Part shown: positions 15,301-31,286 of the stretch, piece after piece
Layout of the letters: each line of letters starts with the position of its first letter
Numbering within the stretch: position 1 is the stretch's first letter
NCBI GenBank assembly: GCA_002269645.1
Contig: NIVC01001260.1
Location: forward strand, 1-64,000
Direction: 5' to 3'
Source: Macrostomum lignano
Taxonomy: Eukaryota
Length of the DNA stretch: 64,000 bases
The notes under the pieces: generated by a model
What the model saw: only the letters and a program-made list of their open reading frames with translations
Told to the model about the DNA's origin: nothing
The model's database searches: none
Program-made: the position numbers and the translations under genes

Positions 15301-17084
15301 TAGCTGGTATCCCCTCTGTAGCTGGCGCCCTCTTTGTAGCTGGCGCCGCCTCTGTGGCTGGAGCCCCCTTTGTAGCTGGCGCCGCCTCTAACTGGCGCTA
15401 TACGAGTAGAAACTTTTGGTTAATCTGCGAAGTATTTTTTTCAACATAATCTCTGCATAGATCTAAATAAAAGTAATGCTCTCATGAGGAATCACCCTCG
15501 GGCCGGGATGCGCACTAAAGCCCCCCGTTCCTCTACAGTCATCAATTCTCCTAGCTGGGCAGCTGTTGGCTCACTGCCAACTGTATAACATTAAATTCAG
15601 ACATCGAATCGAATCCCTTACCCTTAGCCTGTACAGTGTACACCCACGCACATTTATAATAGAGCTAGTTGGCATGCAGATTACTGATTAGTAATAAGGA
15701 CTCATAAAAAATCCCATAAGTAATTTCTATATTCTGTAGATAATCATCTGATTTCTAATCTAAATTAATAAATATCTGGATTAAAGTTTACTAAAGTCAA
15801 TTGATGAAAAGAACATGGTAAATGCATACATGGAGTTAGCAAGACATACAATATACATGTATTTATGACCCTAATAACACACGCAAATTACAACCAAGCT
15901 CTAATCTGCCTCGGTGCCCCAGTCTAGAGAATAACGATGTTCCTCTTTCTCTTAACACACCAATAAACCAGCCGTCAAAGTGGCGCCTCTATTTCTTACC
16001 CTGAGCGCCAGAGTAATATAGAATGAGGATTTTATAGAGTAGGGTCTTTGGAGAGACAATGGAATCTTTCTAGTGAGATTGTTAGCTTGTAATACCACAA
16101 AAATATCTGAGCATAGCTGCTGATTGTACTCTAGCATAATAATAGAATATATTAGTAAAATATATTGAACTCGTAAAATTAAACTTAGCGAAAATTGAAA
16201 GCGATTCTCGAGGGAGAAGGCGACTTTAGGATGATATTAAGTGTGGTTTAGAAGACAAAACTCACTTCAGGGGTTGGTTAAGGGGACGAATCTCACTTCA
16301 GGGGTTGGTTAAGGGGACGAATCTCACTTCAGGGGTTGGTTAAGGGGACGAATCTCACTTCAGGGGTTGGTTAAGGGGATGAATCTCACTTCAGGGGTTG
16401 GTTAAGGGGACGAATCTCACACTTCAGGGGTTGGTTAAGGGGACGAATCTCACTTCAGGGGTTGGTTAAGGGGACGAATCTCACTTCAGGGGTTGGTTAA
16501 GGGGATGAATCTCACTTCAGGGGTTGGTTAAGGGGACGAATCTCACTTCAGGGGTTGGTTAAGGGGACGAATCTCACTTCAGGGGTTGGTTAAGGGGATG
16601 AATCTCACTTCAGGGCTTGGTTAAGGGGATGAATCTCACCTCTGAGTCTGAGTTTGGTTGAGTGGACGAATCTCACCTCTGAGGTTGGTTTAGAGGACGA
16701 ATCTCACCTCTGGGGTGGTTTAGGGGACGAATCTCCCCTTTAAGTCTGAGGTAATGAGGTTGGATCAAGGAACGAATATCAGGGGCTGTCTGGGATCTCA
16801 AAAGTGATTAGGGGACAAACTTTAGTGACAGCTTCTTGATGAAACTTGATCTTCAAAGTTGCAATGAATAATTAGCTATTAAACAATTCCAAAAAATAAT
16901 GCAACTACTTACTATCATCAACAATGGCCTTGTTGATAACAATTCCCTGATTAACTCCTGTAGCCATGTGGGCAACTTTCTTTTGATCAATATGCTCTTC
17001 AGAGGTACGCACACACTCTAGAGTAGTCATTTGGCCACGACGAATTGGCGTCATAACAATAACCCAAGTTGATGGTGCATCCAT
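5913..17084 (-). CDS. Nucleoside phosphorylase / MTA-SAH nucleosidase-fold (PNP_UDP_1-like) protein with a long N-terminal region (possibly winged helix), 8 exons, 583 aa
   Basis: Exons (minus): 17084-16913, 12944-12856, 11631-11385, 10774-10675, 10085-9626, 8121-7861, 7225-6959, 6068-5913. All introns are GT-AG and all seven junctions are phase-compatible; total 1752 nt. Motifs: VAIITNLMCEKRAVD, YTIGYIGAHKCV, GNTTTRLLGTFQDIEHVLLVGVCG, RLGDIIV, GPLGSGKPI, VRACSDYHDG, WQPYASLHAAAFAK. Confidence 0.88.
6170..6830. repeat. Minisatellite, 28-bp unit, ~20 copies (intron 7 of the nucleosidase-like gene)
   Basis: Unit TAGACTCAGCACCATCGACTTAGTATCC, degenerating at both ends. Confidence 0.95.
7265..7830. 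repeat. Minisatellite, ~44-45-bp unit (intron 6)
   Basis: Unit approx. ATGGACGGGAATGTCCGAACCAAAGACACAAATGATGTACACTAT; explains the overlapping repetitive ORFs at 7331-7898. Confidence 0.92.
8204..9350. repeat. Minisatellite, 17-bp unit (intron 5)
   Basis: Unit AATGTCGGAATCTTACT with variants such as AACGTCGGAATTTCACT. Confidence 0.95.
10143..10537. repeat. Minisatellite, 33-bp unit, ~12 copies (intron 4)
   Basis: Unit CCCTAGCAACCAGATGAATATTGAAATAAAATA. Confidence 0.95.
11800..12490. repeat. (TATC)n/(GATA)n microsatellite (intron 2)
   Basis: Direct reading; the YLSI-repeat ORFs are artefacts of it. Confidence 0.98.
13750..15400. repeat. GC-rich 15/18-bp minisatellite with higher-order blocks (intron 1)
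   Basis: Units GTAGCTGGCATCCCATCT and GTAGCTGGCGCCTCT. The ORF track shows block periodicities of 441 bp (14116/14557) and 286 bp (14861/15147). Confidence 0.93.
16258..16740. repeat. Minisatellite, 31-bp unit, ~14 copies (intron 1)
   Basis: Unit GGGGACGAATCTCACTTCAGGGGTTGGTTAA. Confidence 0.95.
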
Positions 17085-17248
17085 GTTTAGAATTGATTTA
17101 ATAATTTATTCTTTAGTGTAGATTGCTGAAATTTAGTTGGTATTATTAAATGAAATAATTCTTAAGCTATATGAAAAAATATAATTAATACTAAGTGAAT
17201 ACTAATTATACTAGCATACTCAGGATTTTTTCATTTGGGATTGCCCTC

Positions 17249-17851
17249 GGGGTGCTTTCACAAGGTCGAAATTTCACAACGTTGAAAAGTAAATTATTTC
17301 ACAAGGTCGAAACTTCACAAGATCGAGATTTCACAACACCCAAAACTCTAGCAAGAGATTTCATTAAGTCGAAATTTCACAAGGTCGAAATTTCATAACA
17401 TCGAAAAACTCAAATAGCAGCCACTTTCACAAGGTCGAAACTTCATAAGCTTGAAATTTCACAACGTCGAAAATTTAATATAACAAGAACCATACAGTAG
17501 TTTTCTACATTGTGAAATTTTGACCTTATGAAGTCCCTTGCTAAAGTTTTTGATGTTGTGAAATTTCAACCTTATGAAGTTTCGACCTTGTGAAAGTGGC
17601 TGCTATTTGAGTTTTCGATGTTATGAAATTTCGACCTTGTGAAATTTGGACCGTATGAAGTTTCAACCTTCTGAAAGTGGTTGCTATTTGAGTTTTCGAT
17701 GTTATGAAATTTTGACCTTGTGAAATTTCGACCGCATGAAGTTTCGACCTTGTGAAAGTGGTTGCTATTTGAGTTTTTGATGTTATGAAATTTTGATCTT
17801 GTGAAAGAAGGTGCTTTCAACGTTGTGAAATTTCGAGTTTATGAAACCCCC
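17249..17851. mobile_element. Foldback/MULE-like MITE built from internally repetitive inverted arms
   Basis: Left arm carries TTTCACAAGGTCGAAA repeats, right arm the reverse complement TTTCGACCTTGTGAAA. Both termini start with GGGG (reading inward). 9-bp flanks ATTGCCCTC (17240-17248) / TTTGCCCTC (17852-17860). Confidence 0.75.
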
Positions 17852-20805
17852 TTTGCCCTCTATTGAGAAGAGGGATAGTAATAATAATACTAGTACAACA
17901 TACTAAGTAGGGCCTTTAGACAATGATTGAGTTCATCAAGAGTAATATGAGAGAAGAAATAAGACAAGATAAGAATTCAGACTCAAAGTTGTTTAAACGT
18001 ACCTAGACAAGATAATAAAAGATAGAACAGAAAGTGGTGTATAGCTTAATGGCCACCATACAATAGATTTCAATCATTACCCCCCTAGGCAATTGGAGGG
18101 AAGGGAGGCTACACTAGCTCCACAAGCCCCTCCCTATATATAACACTAACAAATTAATAGATAATTTAAAATTATGATAAATATGAATTAAAAAGTTAAC
18201 ATTATATTATATTAGTTTTAGTTTTATAATTTATAATTTCTTAAATTTTTAAATATTTTTTTCACATATAGGCTTAACATTGCACTATACCCCCAAGGCC
18301 CCATACATGCGCAAAAGTTGGCCAAGTCGGCCAACCGATTTGGTGGCCAACCAAGATAAGTCACAAAAATATCCACCTGAATAAATACCCAAGTAGTACT
18401 AAATAGATAATGAGACATTTAGCCTTAAAAGGTGTTGAGAAAATAAGACTAAAAACTAAACTAAAGACTATTTAATTGGAGTTAAATTGATACTAAGAGA
18501 GAAGGAGCAGTAAGTGGGCACATGGCCCAAACTGATATATTTATAGAACATTAACTTGCAGGGGGGTTTGAATTGAAGATAATAAGGAGAGGGATATAGT
18601 GCACAACTAAAGAGAAAGGTGAAAATGGAGAGCCAATCAGAAGGCAGCAAGGGAGAGAGAGATAAGAATAACAAGATTGAGATAGAGAGAAAAAACAGAG
18701 TAAACAGAGACAAGTGAAGGTGAAATAAGAAATGAATCAGTTACTCCTGCCATTTACCCAAAGTTGCATTAATTTTGCTTTAGGGTTTCTTTTACATGTA
18801 AGTTGCATTTTTGGCCAAAAACTGTCACATTTTTTTGTTAAAACTAAGTTGCATAGCTGAGCAAATTTTGGAGGTTGCACATATATGCCCCCAGGGTCTA
18901 GATTGTGCAGTAGTGTACACAAGAACAAGAATCCTATATTAGCTAAATGTACATCAGTAGACCTATACTATATAGACACAATTGCCAACTCACCATGTCT
19001 ATAAGCTCTAATATTATAGACACAGCAGCCTAGCTATGTCTATCCATAGATAGGATCATGGCATGCCTACCCTAGAACAAATCCTATCAAAAAAGTTTGA
19101 TCCTGCCGTGCACTAGAATAAGTTTGCTAGTGCTATGTTGGAAATGTAAAAAAAAACACAAAAACCATATTTTCTGTTTAAAAATACCATAGAAACATGT
19201 ATTTAAATCTTTTTCATTGAAAATACAATATTAACATATATTAATTAAAAAAGCCATCAATACACTGCCAAAAAGTGCTAATAAAAAGAAACAACATGCA
19301 TTTTTTTGTCTAAGAAAATATTGTATTGTCAAAAGTTTTTGTATTGCACCAAATTGTGTTAATTTTTTGTTTTATGCCATACTGTGCCGGATTTTTTTCT
19401 TTTGCCTGCTATTGTGCCAGAATGTGCCAGCGCAGTGCACGTTTAACCCCCTTTTGTGATGGAATTTTCTGTGAAAAAGGCATTTTCCTAACTATGGATG
19501 TTTATAAGTATAGACTTAGGCATACACCTTGGCATATAAACAATTGGCACACCCTCCATGGCGTACACTGGAGGAGGCTATGCCACAGCCACTGCGAAAG
19601 ACAAAATCAAAGAACATAAAGTATGCAAAGCATGAAATTTTGCACAAAGTTTAACAATGATTTCACAAATATATTGTTACGACAATTGACAACTGTTGCT
19701 TCATTTAAAATATTCTCTAAATTATGTTTTATTTCTCCCTTTTATTCTTTATTTTTGAAATTAAAAACATAAATCTTCAAATCTTCAACTTTATAATCTT
19801 TACTTGCAATTACATGAAACGTTACAACTTACAATATATTGTGATTTTGTGTATATTGCGCATTTTTTTACATTAGGATTAGGATTTAGGACTGGCACAC
19901 CTGGCACACTTGTGCATTTTGCCTGGCATACCTGGCGCACACTGCAAAAAATTTTTGGGGTGGCTTCCAGCGCACACATAGCATGATCCTGACTATGGTT
20001 AGAGACAAAGTCTATAATATTAAAGCTTAATATAATATTAGAGCTGGCTGTGCCTATAAGTATAGACTTAGGCACTATTAAAGACATAGCGGCCATGTTT
20101 ATAATCCAAAAATTTGTAGAAATGGTAGCTGTGTCTCTAAGTATGATATAAAAAAATCAATTAATTGTATACCAAAAATTTCTCATAAAAAGTCTTTTGA
20201 TTTTCATGAGTTAAGATTACTAAATCAAAAAAGGTTTTGAAACAAAGGTCTTTAAAAATATCATTAATATTTTCATTGCTGTACAAATAGCTAATGTCAT
20301 TATTTTTCCGGCTGAGACAAATAAATACCTATTGTCATTATTTGTCGGGCTGAGTCATATATTTACATGTACATGTAGAAATAAAGACTTTGTAGTATTT
20401 TAGAAACTTTAATATTATTTTAAGACTCGATCTGGGTATAGATGTTTCAGATAAGTTGAATGAGTGATTGGCACTTTGAACCGACTTATGCAACTTGTGT
20501 ACTGGTTGACAATTGTAATGCCGAATTTGCGTAAGTTCTGCATATTCATAAATACATATATATGCTTGTATATTACCTAAATGTAAATATATCTGCACTA
20601 AAACGCCACATGCAGTTTTCATTCTTATTATCCTTTAAACATAAATATAAAAACATGAATGTAATTTCCTTTCGCCATTTTGCCAGATAATGATTTGAAA
20701 TTAGGAACTCTTTAAATTTCTGCATGGCACGCTTTGATTAAGCAGGTCACTAGTCTACTGGCACACTTTGAAGATGGAGGAACTGGAGATAGAGACAGGC
20801 ATAGA

Positions 20806-21027
20806 TAGTGGCATAACCAGGGGGGGGGGTGGGGAAGGCAGTCGCCCCCCCTTAGGCGGGGGACCAAAAAAATCAAAGGGGGGACCAAGCGAATTTTTGC
20901 CAAAAACAGAGCCACCTCTCTGCCGCCCCCCCCTCCCAGGACTTTACCCTCAGAATCTGCCCCCCCTCCCGGGACTTTACCCTCAGAATCCGCCCCCCCC
21001 CTTGAAAAATTTCTAGTTGCACTACTA
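20806..21027. mobile_element. Short degenerate hAT-like MITE (222 bp)
   Basis: Imperfect TIRs TAGTGGCATAACCAG / CTAGTTGCACTACTA (10/15), G/C-run interior, and 8-bp TSD GGCATAGA (20798-20805) / GGCGTAGA (21028-21035). Confidence 0.65.
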
Positions 21028-21339
21028 GGCGTAGAGCTGGAGAAGGAGAAAGAGAGAGGCTAAGCCAGACAAATAACAACAACAGCTATTTATCCGGCTC
21101 AGCCAGAAAAATAACAACATTAGCTATTTGTCCAGCCAGCCAGAAAAGAAACGAAAATGGCTATTTATATGGCTCAGCCAGACAAATAGACACTATGTCT
21201 ACATACTTAATAGGCCCTAGGGCCTATAATTTAGTTTTAAAATTTAGGACAATACAAATTACAAACCATTTTAGTATGGACTATATGAAATAGGACTAGA
21301 CTATGAAAATAAAAATCCTGTTTAGGCCTAGCCCTAGCC

Positions 21340-21723
21340 TAGCCTAGCCTAGCCTAGCCTAGCCTAGCCTAGTAGATCTAAGACTTGTACTAGGGCAGCC
21401 TAGGCTACCTACCTACCTAGGCTTGTGACACCATACTAGATTACTGACCTACTGACTAGTCTCATAGTCTAGAGTCCAATAGGCTTAGTAGTAGCTAATC
21501 TCCTAAATAAATTTGAAGGCTTATCTAACACAACAGCGTTAGCCATTAGGTCCTATGATAGCAGATAGGCCTAGGCCTACAATTACAGGATTACTGTTTT
21601 ATAGCTATTTGTTAGCGTAAGAAATATTTAGTATTAGATTTAGTATTATTTAGACTAAATAGACAAATAATTAGAAACCCGGCAGTGTTGACACTGCGAG
21701 TTCGCCCGCCTCCGGCTCCACCC

Positions 21724-21768
<45 letters not shown>
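21340..21768. repeat. Short microsatellites: (CCTAG)n at ~21340-21372 and (AGT)n at ~21724-21768
   Basis: Direct reading. Confidence 0.9.
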
Positions 21769-21769
<1 letters not shown>

Positions 21770-22354
21770 AATTTGGCTCAGGCTTAAGGAGCCTGTTATG
21801 CCAGTATGATCCGATTTATTTAGTGTTTATTCAAAAGGTTAAATTTTACACGGTCGCTGAAAACGAGTACTACACGATATTTGTATTAAGTAAGGTATTT
21901 GAAAGGGCGTCAAACCCACGCGTGACTTCGGTCAGATTTAAAAAACAGTCTTAGAACTCGATGACCAAATTTAAACTTCAAATCAAAGGGTTGACTAATG
22001 ATCTTATGTTAGCCCATAAAAGTTAAAAAAATTTCCTATAAGTTACATTTTCTACTGAATCTATTAAGGTCTATTAATTATTCTGACAAATATTAGGCTT
22101 TGTAAAAAAACTTTTGTTGTGTTGAAAGCGAAAATATAAGTAGCGATCAGTTTAAATATCCATTTGTAACTCGAAGAATAAGAAACTTCATGAGTAACAT
22201 AGATTGCTTAGCGTTTATAAATGCAGTAAAATCTAGATACTTTTTTTAAAAAGTGCAGCTTTATATCACATCTAGCGTATTATATGTCTAAAAAGCGGAA
22301 CCTGCGCATTTTTAAAAGCAATATACCTTTCCGTAATGTTGCAACAAATTACTA

Positions 22355-26852
<4,498 letters not shown>

Positions 26853-27278
26853 CAACAAATTACTAAGCAGAGCAGCTTACGTGTACATAGTACATGAACA
26901 TTTATTTGAATAAAACCTATCATTTTCCACGTCATCGTTTCTTCATATTTATTCATATATCAAAGTATCAAGTAAAGAATTCACCACTACATGCATGTAG
27001 GAGGTTCTAGTAACCTTATTCTGATGGCTAATTCTGATATGGCTAAGGTGATACAATAATTTGTCCGGCTTAAAAAACAATAATAAGAGAATCAAAAAGT
27101 TTCTGTACTGGTTGGTGCCGATGAAGTTTGAAGAATCAAAGCATACTAATACATTGAAATACAATAATATATAGTTACAGCATAATTAACTAGTAATCAC
27201 GAAAAAAATATTGACTTTCATTCCACTTGCTTAAACGGTTAGAATGCTATAGTGCAATATGGTCAAGTTAAAAGAAAC

Positions 27279-27557
27279 TTATTCTTCCTTTGAAGCAGCC
27301 TGGCTTGGCATGGGATCCAAGTACCTGCACTCTTTCACCTCTTTGGCGGCGGCTTGACGTTTCCTACGTAAGCGCCAGTTGAACTCGACCACCGTGAATA
27401 TGCCAACAATCACGCAGAGGACCACGTTACCGATTGGGAATATCCAATCGGTCCATGGTTTGGACTTTAGTTCGATTAATTCGGGCTGTAGCGCGCGCTT
27501 GCTGACGTACTCCAAGTCGAACTGTTCGGCTGTAGTTGGTTTGATGGTCGAAGACAT
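27279..27557 (-). CDS. Candidate small single-pass membrane protein, 92 aa
   Basis: GC-balanced ORF in AT-rich surroundings. Hydrophobic helix WIFPIGNVVLCVIVGIFTVVEFNW followed by basic RLRRKR. TATAAA ~60 nt upstream and AATAAA downstream (~26950, ~26900) on the minus strand. No homology recognised. Confidence 0.5.
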   Translation of the reverse strand: MSSTIKPTTAEQFDLEYVSKRALQPELIELKSKPWTDWIFPIGNVVLCVIVGIFTVVEFNWRLRRKRQAAAKEVKECRYLDPMPSQAASKEE

Positions 27558-27859
27558 AATGTACTTTTATTTTGCTTGTCAAATTTACTTTTGATCGTTG
27601 TGTTTCATTTAAAATTTTTATAAATCAGTAAACTCTACCCTATTTAAACTACGTCTGTAAATAAGCCATTAAAGATATCAACCATAGACGTGCAGACATG
27701 ATTGATAACAATACTGTTTACGATACTATAATAAATACATCCAGGAATTTCCCAATAATTACTCATACAACTGCGGACTAATTAATAATGCATTGCGACA
27801 ACTTTGTTATTAACATGTTCCCTTTAGAGTTTTCATTCTCTCAAATCACTCCAAACTTA

Positions 27860-30800
27860 CGAGGGCTGGGCAATAAGTTTCCGGATGTGCCCAGACAGAA
27901 ATAGTTAGAGAGAAAAAACACTTACATCTTTTCAAAGTACTCTTCAGCAGATTCGATGCAAATTTTCATGCGCCTAAATCACTTGCTGAAGCAGCTGGAC
28001 CAATCTGAAGCAGGCACCTCCTCCACATGCCGGGTGAAGGCCTCCACTGCAGCTTTGGTGATCCATAGCGGATTCCACGCATCCCGCACTTGATTTGTGG
28101 AAGCACAAAAAAGTCGCAGGGGCCAGGTCGGGGCTGTTGAGTGGATGACCGAGCTCTTGAATGCGCTCTCCGGCCAGGAACTCCGCCACCTGTCGAGCCT
28201 TGTGGGCCGGGGCGTTGCTGTTGATGGAGAAGGATGCCCCGAGCTCGAGTCCTTGGGCGACGCCTGGAGAGAGCGCTCAGCACTTCTGGCAGGCAAATGT
28301 TGGCGTACCAGTCACCGGTGACTGTGCGCTGCTGCACGAGTGGAATCGTGGCCAGATGACCGGTTTTTGCAACAAAAACGGCCACCATCTGCTTCGCCAC
28401 GCTGCGCTCTCGCCGAAGCTTGGATGGTGGGGTGCCACCAAATGGAGTCCACTGGGCCGACTGCTGCTTAGTCGCCGGGTCGAAACTATAGATCCAGGAC
28501 GCGTCACCACTGACGATATCCCAGACCGAGTTTGAGCTGCCTCCGTTGAATCTGTCGAGCATGGTGCGGCACCAGGTCACCCGAGCCTCCTTCTGCTCCG
28601 GAGCCAGCTGATGAGGCACCCAGCGTGCAGAAATCTTGCTCAGGTTGAGCTGTGAATGCAGGATCGTCCTGATGGATCCTGATGAGATGCCCAACTCTGC
28701 CTCTATCTGGGCCACAGTGACTGTGACCTCAACCATGGCCCGGACAGCAGCAACATTATACTTGGTCGTTGCGGAGACAGGCCGGCCGCTGCGCTCCTCA
28801 TCATCCAGACTCTGCCTGCCGCGTCGAAATTCGGCAAACCAGTCAAAAACGGTCGATCTAGAAGGTGCTTCATCCCCAAAAGCTCCTCGCAATTGCTCAA
28901 GACTTTCTTGCTGCCGCAGATAATAAATCATTGTGATGGGTTTTGACCTTTCGGCCCCCTTGTGGGGAAGCCTTCGGGCCTCAGGTCTCAGAAATAAATC
29001 AATTAGAGTCCTGGCCCCCCACTCCTGTCAGATGGTCAGCCCCATGGTAGCTTGATCGTGTGGCGAGCAGTCTAGGTCCTATAGCTAAGAGAGGGACAGC
29101 GAGAGACAAGCAGGGAGAATTTTGAAGGTAGAAATTAGTTAATCCGCAGATTAACTAACTCGCTGCCACCAGCCCGTGCGCCCTGGCTCACCACACCGGG
29201 ACTCTCGAAATCGGGCTTCCGACTAGAAGGGGCTTTGCACTTACCTGCCAACTAGTGTCTTTTTGCTGTCAATCTCGAAGTCATAGCCGATGTTAAGGGA
29301 CACTGCTGGGACTAGATCGCATTGGCCATGCAGGTACAGAGGGGACTTGTGCAGGGGATTCTTGCAGTGGTGAGACTATGGGGTAGCTACATGTACCATG
29401 GTACTATTACATTGCTAAATACGAAGAATTGTACTTTTGGCCTTCAACGCGCCAACTAGCCTCTCCTAGCGCGCGCTAATGATAGGCTAACTCGAACATC
29501 AGAGACCGCATGATTCATCACCCGAGCCGCTTGGCTAACCTAGAGTGCACAGAGTACACCTCTGGAGCCGATTCTGCACTATTGGCAATTTCGCTAACTG
29601 ATTTGATAGATTGATCGACTGAGAACTGCCTTGCCATTGGTCCACTGTGACCGGCGCCTACTAGCTTAGCTATTCATCTGAGCCATCGGCGAACAAAGAA
29701 ATAAAACCGATAAAAATAACTGTCAGATTTAACCTTCACCTTAGATCACTTCACACCTCAGATTGAATTGGAGTTTCAGACTACTAGCAGTATTATTGAA
29801 TGACTTCTGCCTCGATTACAGCACTACTGAACAAAGTGAGAAAAAGTGTGCGCCTAATCCAGCTACTGAAACAGGGGACAGATAAGGAATCACCCAATCA
29901 AGCAAGTCTAGGCAGCCTCTCACCCAACCAATCAGAAACTCAACAGCCGGAGACCAGGTAATCCACAGTGACCGAATCGGCTTAGTGCTTCGCAGCTGTA
30001 GGCCCGGGATGATGCTGATGTCACAATCTTCGCTGATAGCTAGCAGGTGATGCTCTTCACTTTGATGTTCACTGCTGATGACCGGGGGGATTCGTCCTTG
30101 ATGATGATGGGGGGGGAGTCGCAATCCGGGGATCAAGAAACGACGGTCGATTCCTGGCCAGTGGAGCCGGCACCCGGTCGCAAGAAGGTTTGCAGGGGTA
30201 GCACCCAGAAAGGTGGGGGGTAGCACCCGGAAAGGTGCCGTCCGAGCGGGCCAAAAACACCGGTTAAATAGCCGCCAACTGGACCGCAGTTTGTTATAAT
30301 GGAACACGTCGATTCTAATTGGCTGAGCCGATTTGTTAAAATGAGCGTCGAATTTTCTGATTGGCTAAGCTCGTTGCTACCCAGAATCACGTGACCGGGA
30401 GATCCTATCAGTTCCCTCGGGGTCGTAAAAAAATGACAGGTGCGGCCATAAATCAATCGAAATCGCAACAAAATGATTTATGACTTTTGGCGTAGAATTG
30501 ACAAAAATTAATGAAAAAAATATACATTAGAAAGCTCTTATTAAATAGAAAGTGAAGATAATGAGGAGAAATCGCTAATCGCTAATCCCAAAGTACTTTT
30601 AGGGGTAAAACGCATAGCTGTCAAAACTTTCACACGCTTGAGTGAACACGAACAATAGGCCCTGACCTCATAAATCTTGATGACCTGTCAAAATGATGAG
30701 AAAAAAGCTATCATTCGCATCCCCTCAGACCATCTGGCGCCCGCCTCAACACTGAGTGAGGCGCAGGTGGCTGTCAGACCAGCTTCAAAAGCGATTATTT

Positions 30801-31203
30801 ATGACCCAAAAAGCTGCGCCTATGTTATTATGACTATTAGTATGACCAAACATTATATCTAGTATGGATTCTCTGAAAATTCGCAGAAAAAGGATAAAAA
30901 TGCCCATTGCCTACTGTTGGTAGGCTAGTAAGTTTAGAGCCCATGTGCTAGCGCGGGATTTAGAAAACAGTGCGTCCTCATCAATTGCTCTAAAATGACT
31001 CCTATTGAGCGAGCTCCATTGTGAATTTGATAGATAGGGTGGGTATGCTAGCTTGGTTTGGGTGCTGCACTGGCTATATATGACCAGTGCGTCTGAAACT
31101 TTGCAAACTTTGTACTTATATAATGTACTTGACACCTATGGTGTCAGATTTTGTCAGCCGCCTCTCAACTATGCACATCCGGAAACTTATTGCTCAGCCC
31201 TCG
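27860..31203 (-). mobile_element. Mariner (DD34D-type) DNA transposon, ~1.29 kb once the insert is removed; transposase pseudogenised
   Basis: TIRs CGAGGGCTGGGCAATAAGTTTCCGGAT (27860) and ATCCGGAAACTTATTGCTCAGCCCTCG (ends 31203), each flanked by TA. Transposase motifs: FGDEAPS, SGRP, WVPHQL, VSGDASW, SPDLAP-CDFF. Frameshift at the HHDNA motif (~28220). The N-terminus LNRSHFRA lies at ~30985-31010, beyond the insert. Confidence 0.95.
28934..30983. mobile_element. LTR-like insertion (probable solo LTR, 2050 bp) inside the mariner transposase
   Basis: Termini TGATG...CATCA, with a 4-bp TSD ATTG (28930-28933 / 30984-30987). Removing it restores HFRA-MIYY in the mariner ORF. No gag/pol ORF inside. 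Confidence 0.8.
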
Positions 31204-31286
31204 TACTTAATTACCTTACTTTACAATTGGATACGTGTAGATTAGCTATCCAATATGCTCTTGAACTGGAGTTTGCAAAATAGTTA

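Noticed and set aside
15490-15585. Exon-like segment in intron 1 (GSEPTAAQLGELMTVEERG...)
   Set aside because: The downstream junction leads to a stop, and exons 1 and 2 already join in phase without it.
21785-22340. TTAA-GGAGC Kolobok-like terminus
   Set aside because: No matching opposite end found beyond the LINE insertion.
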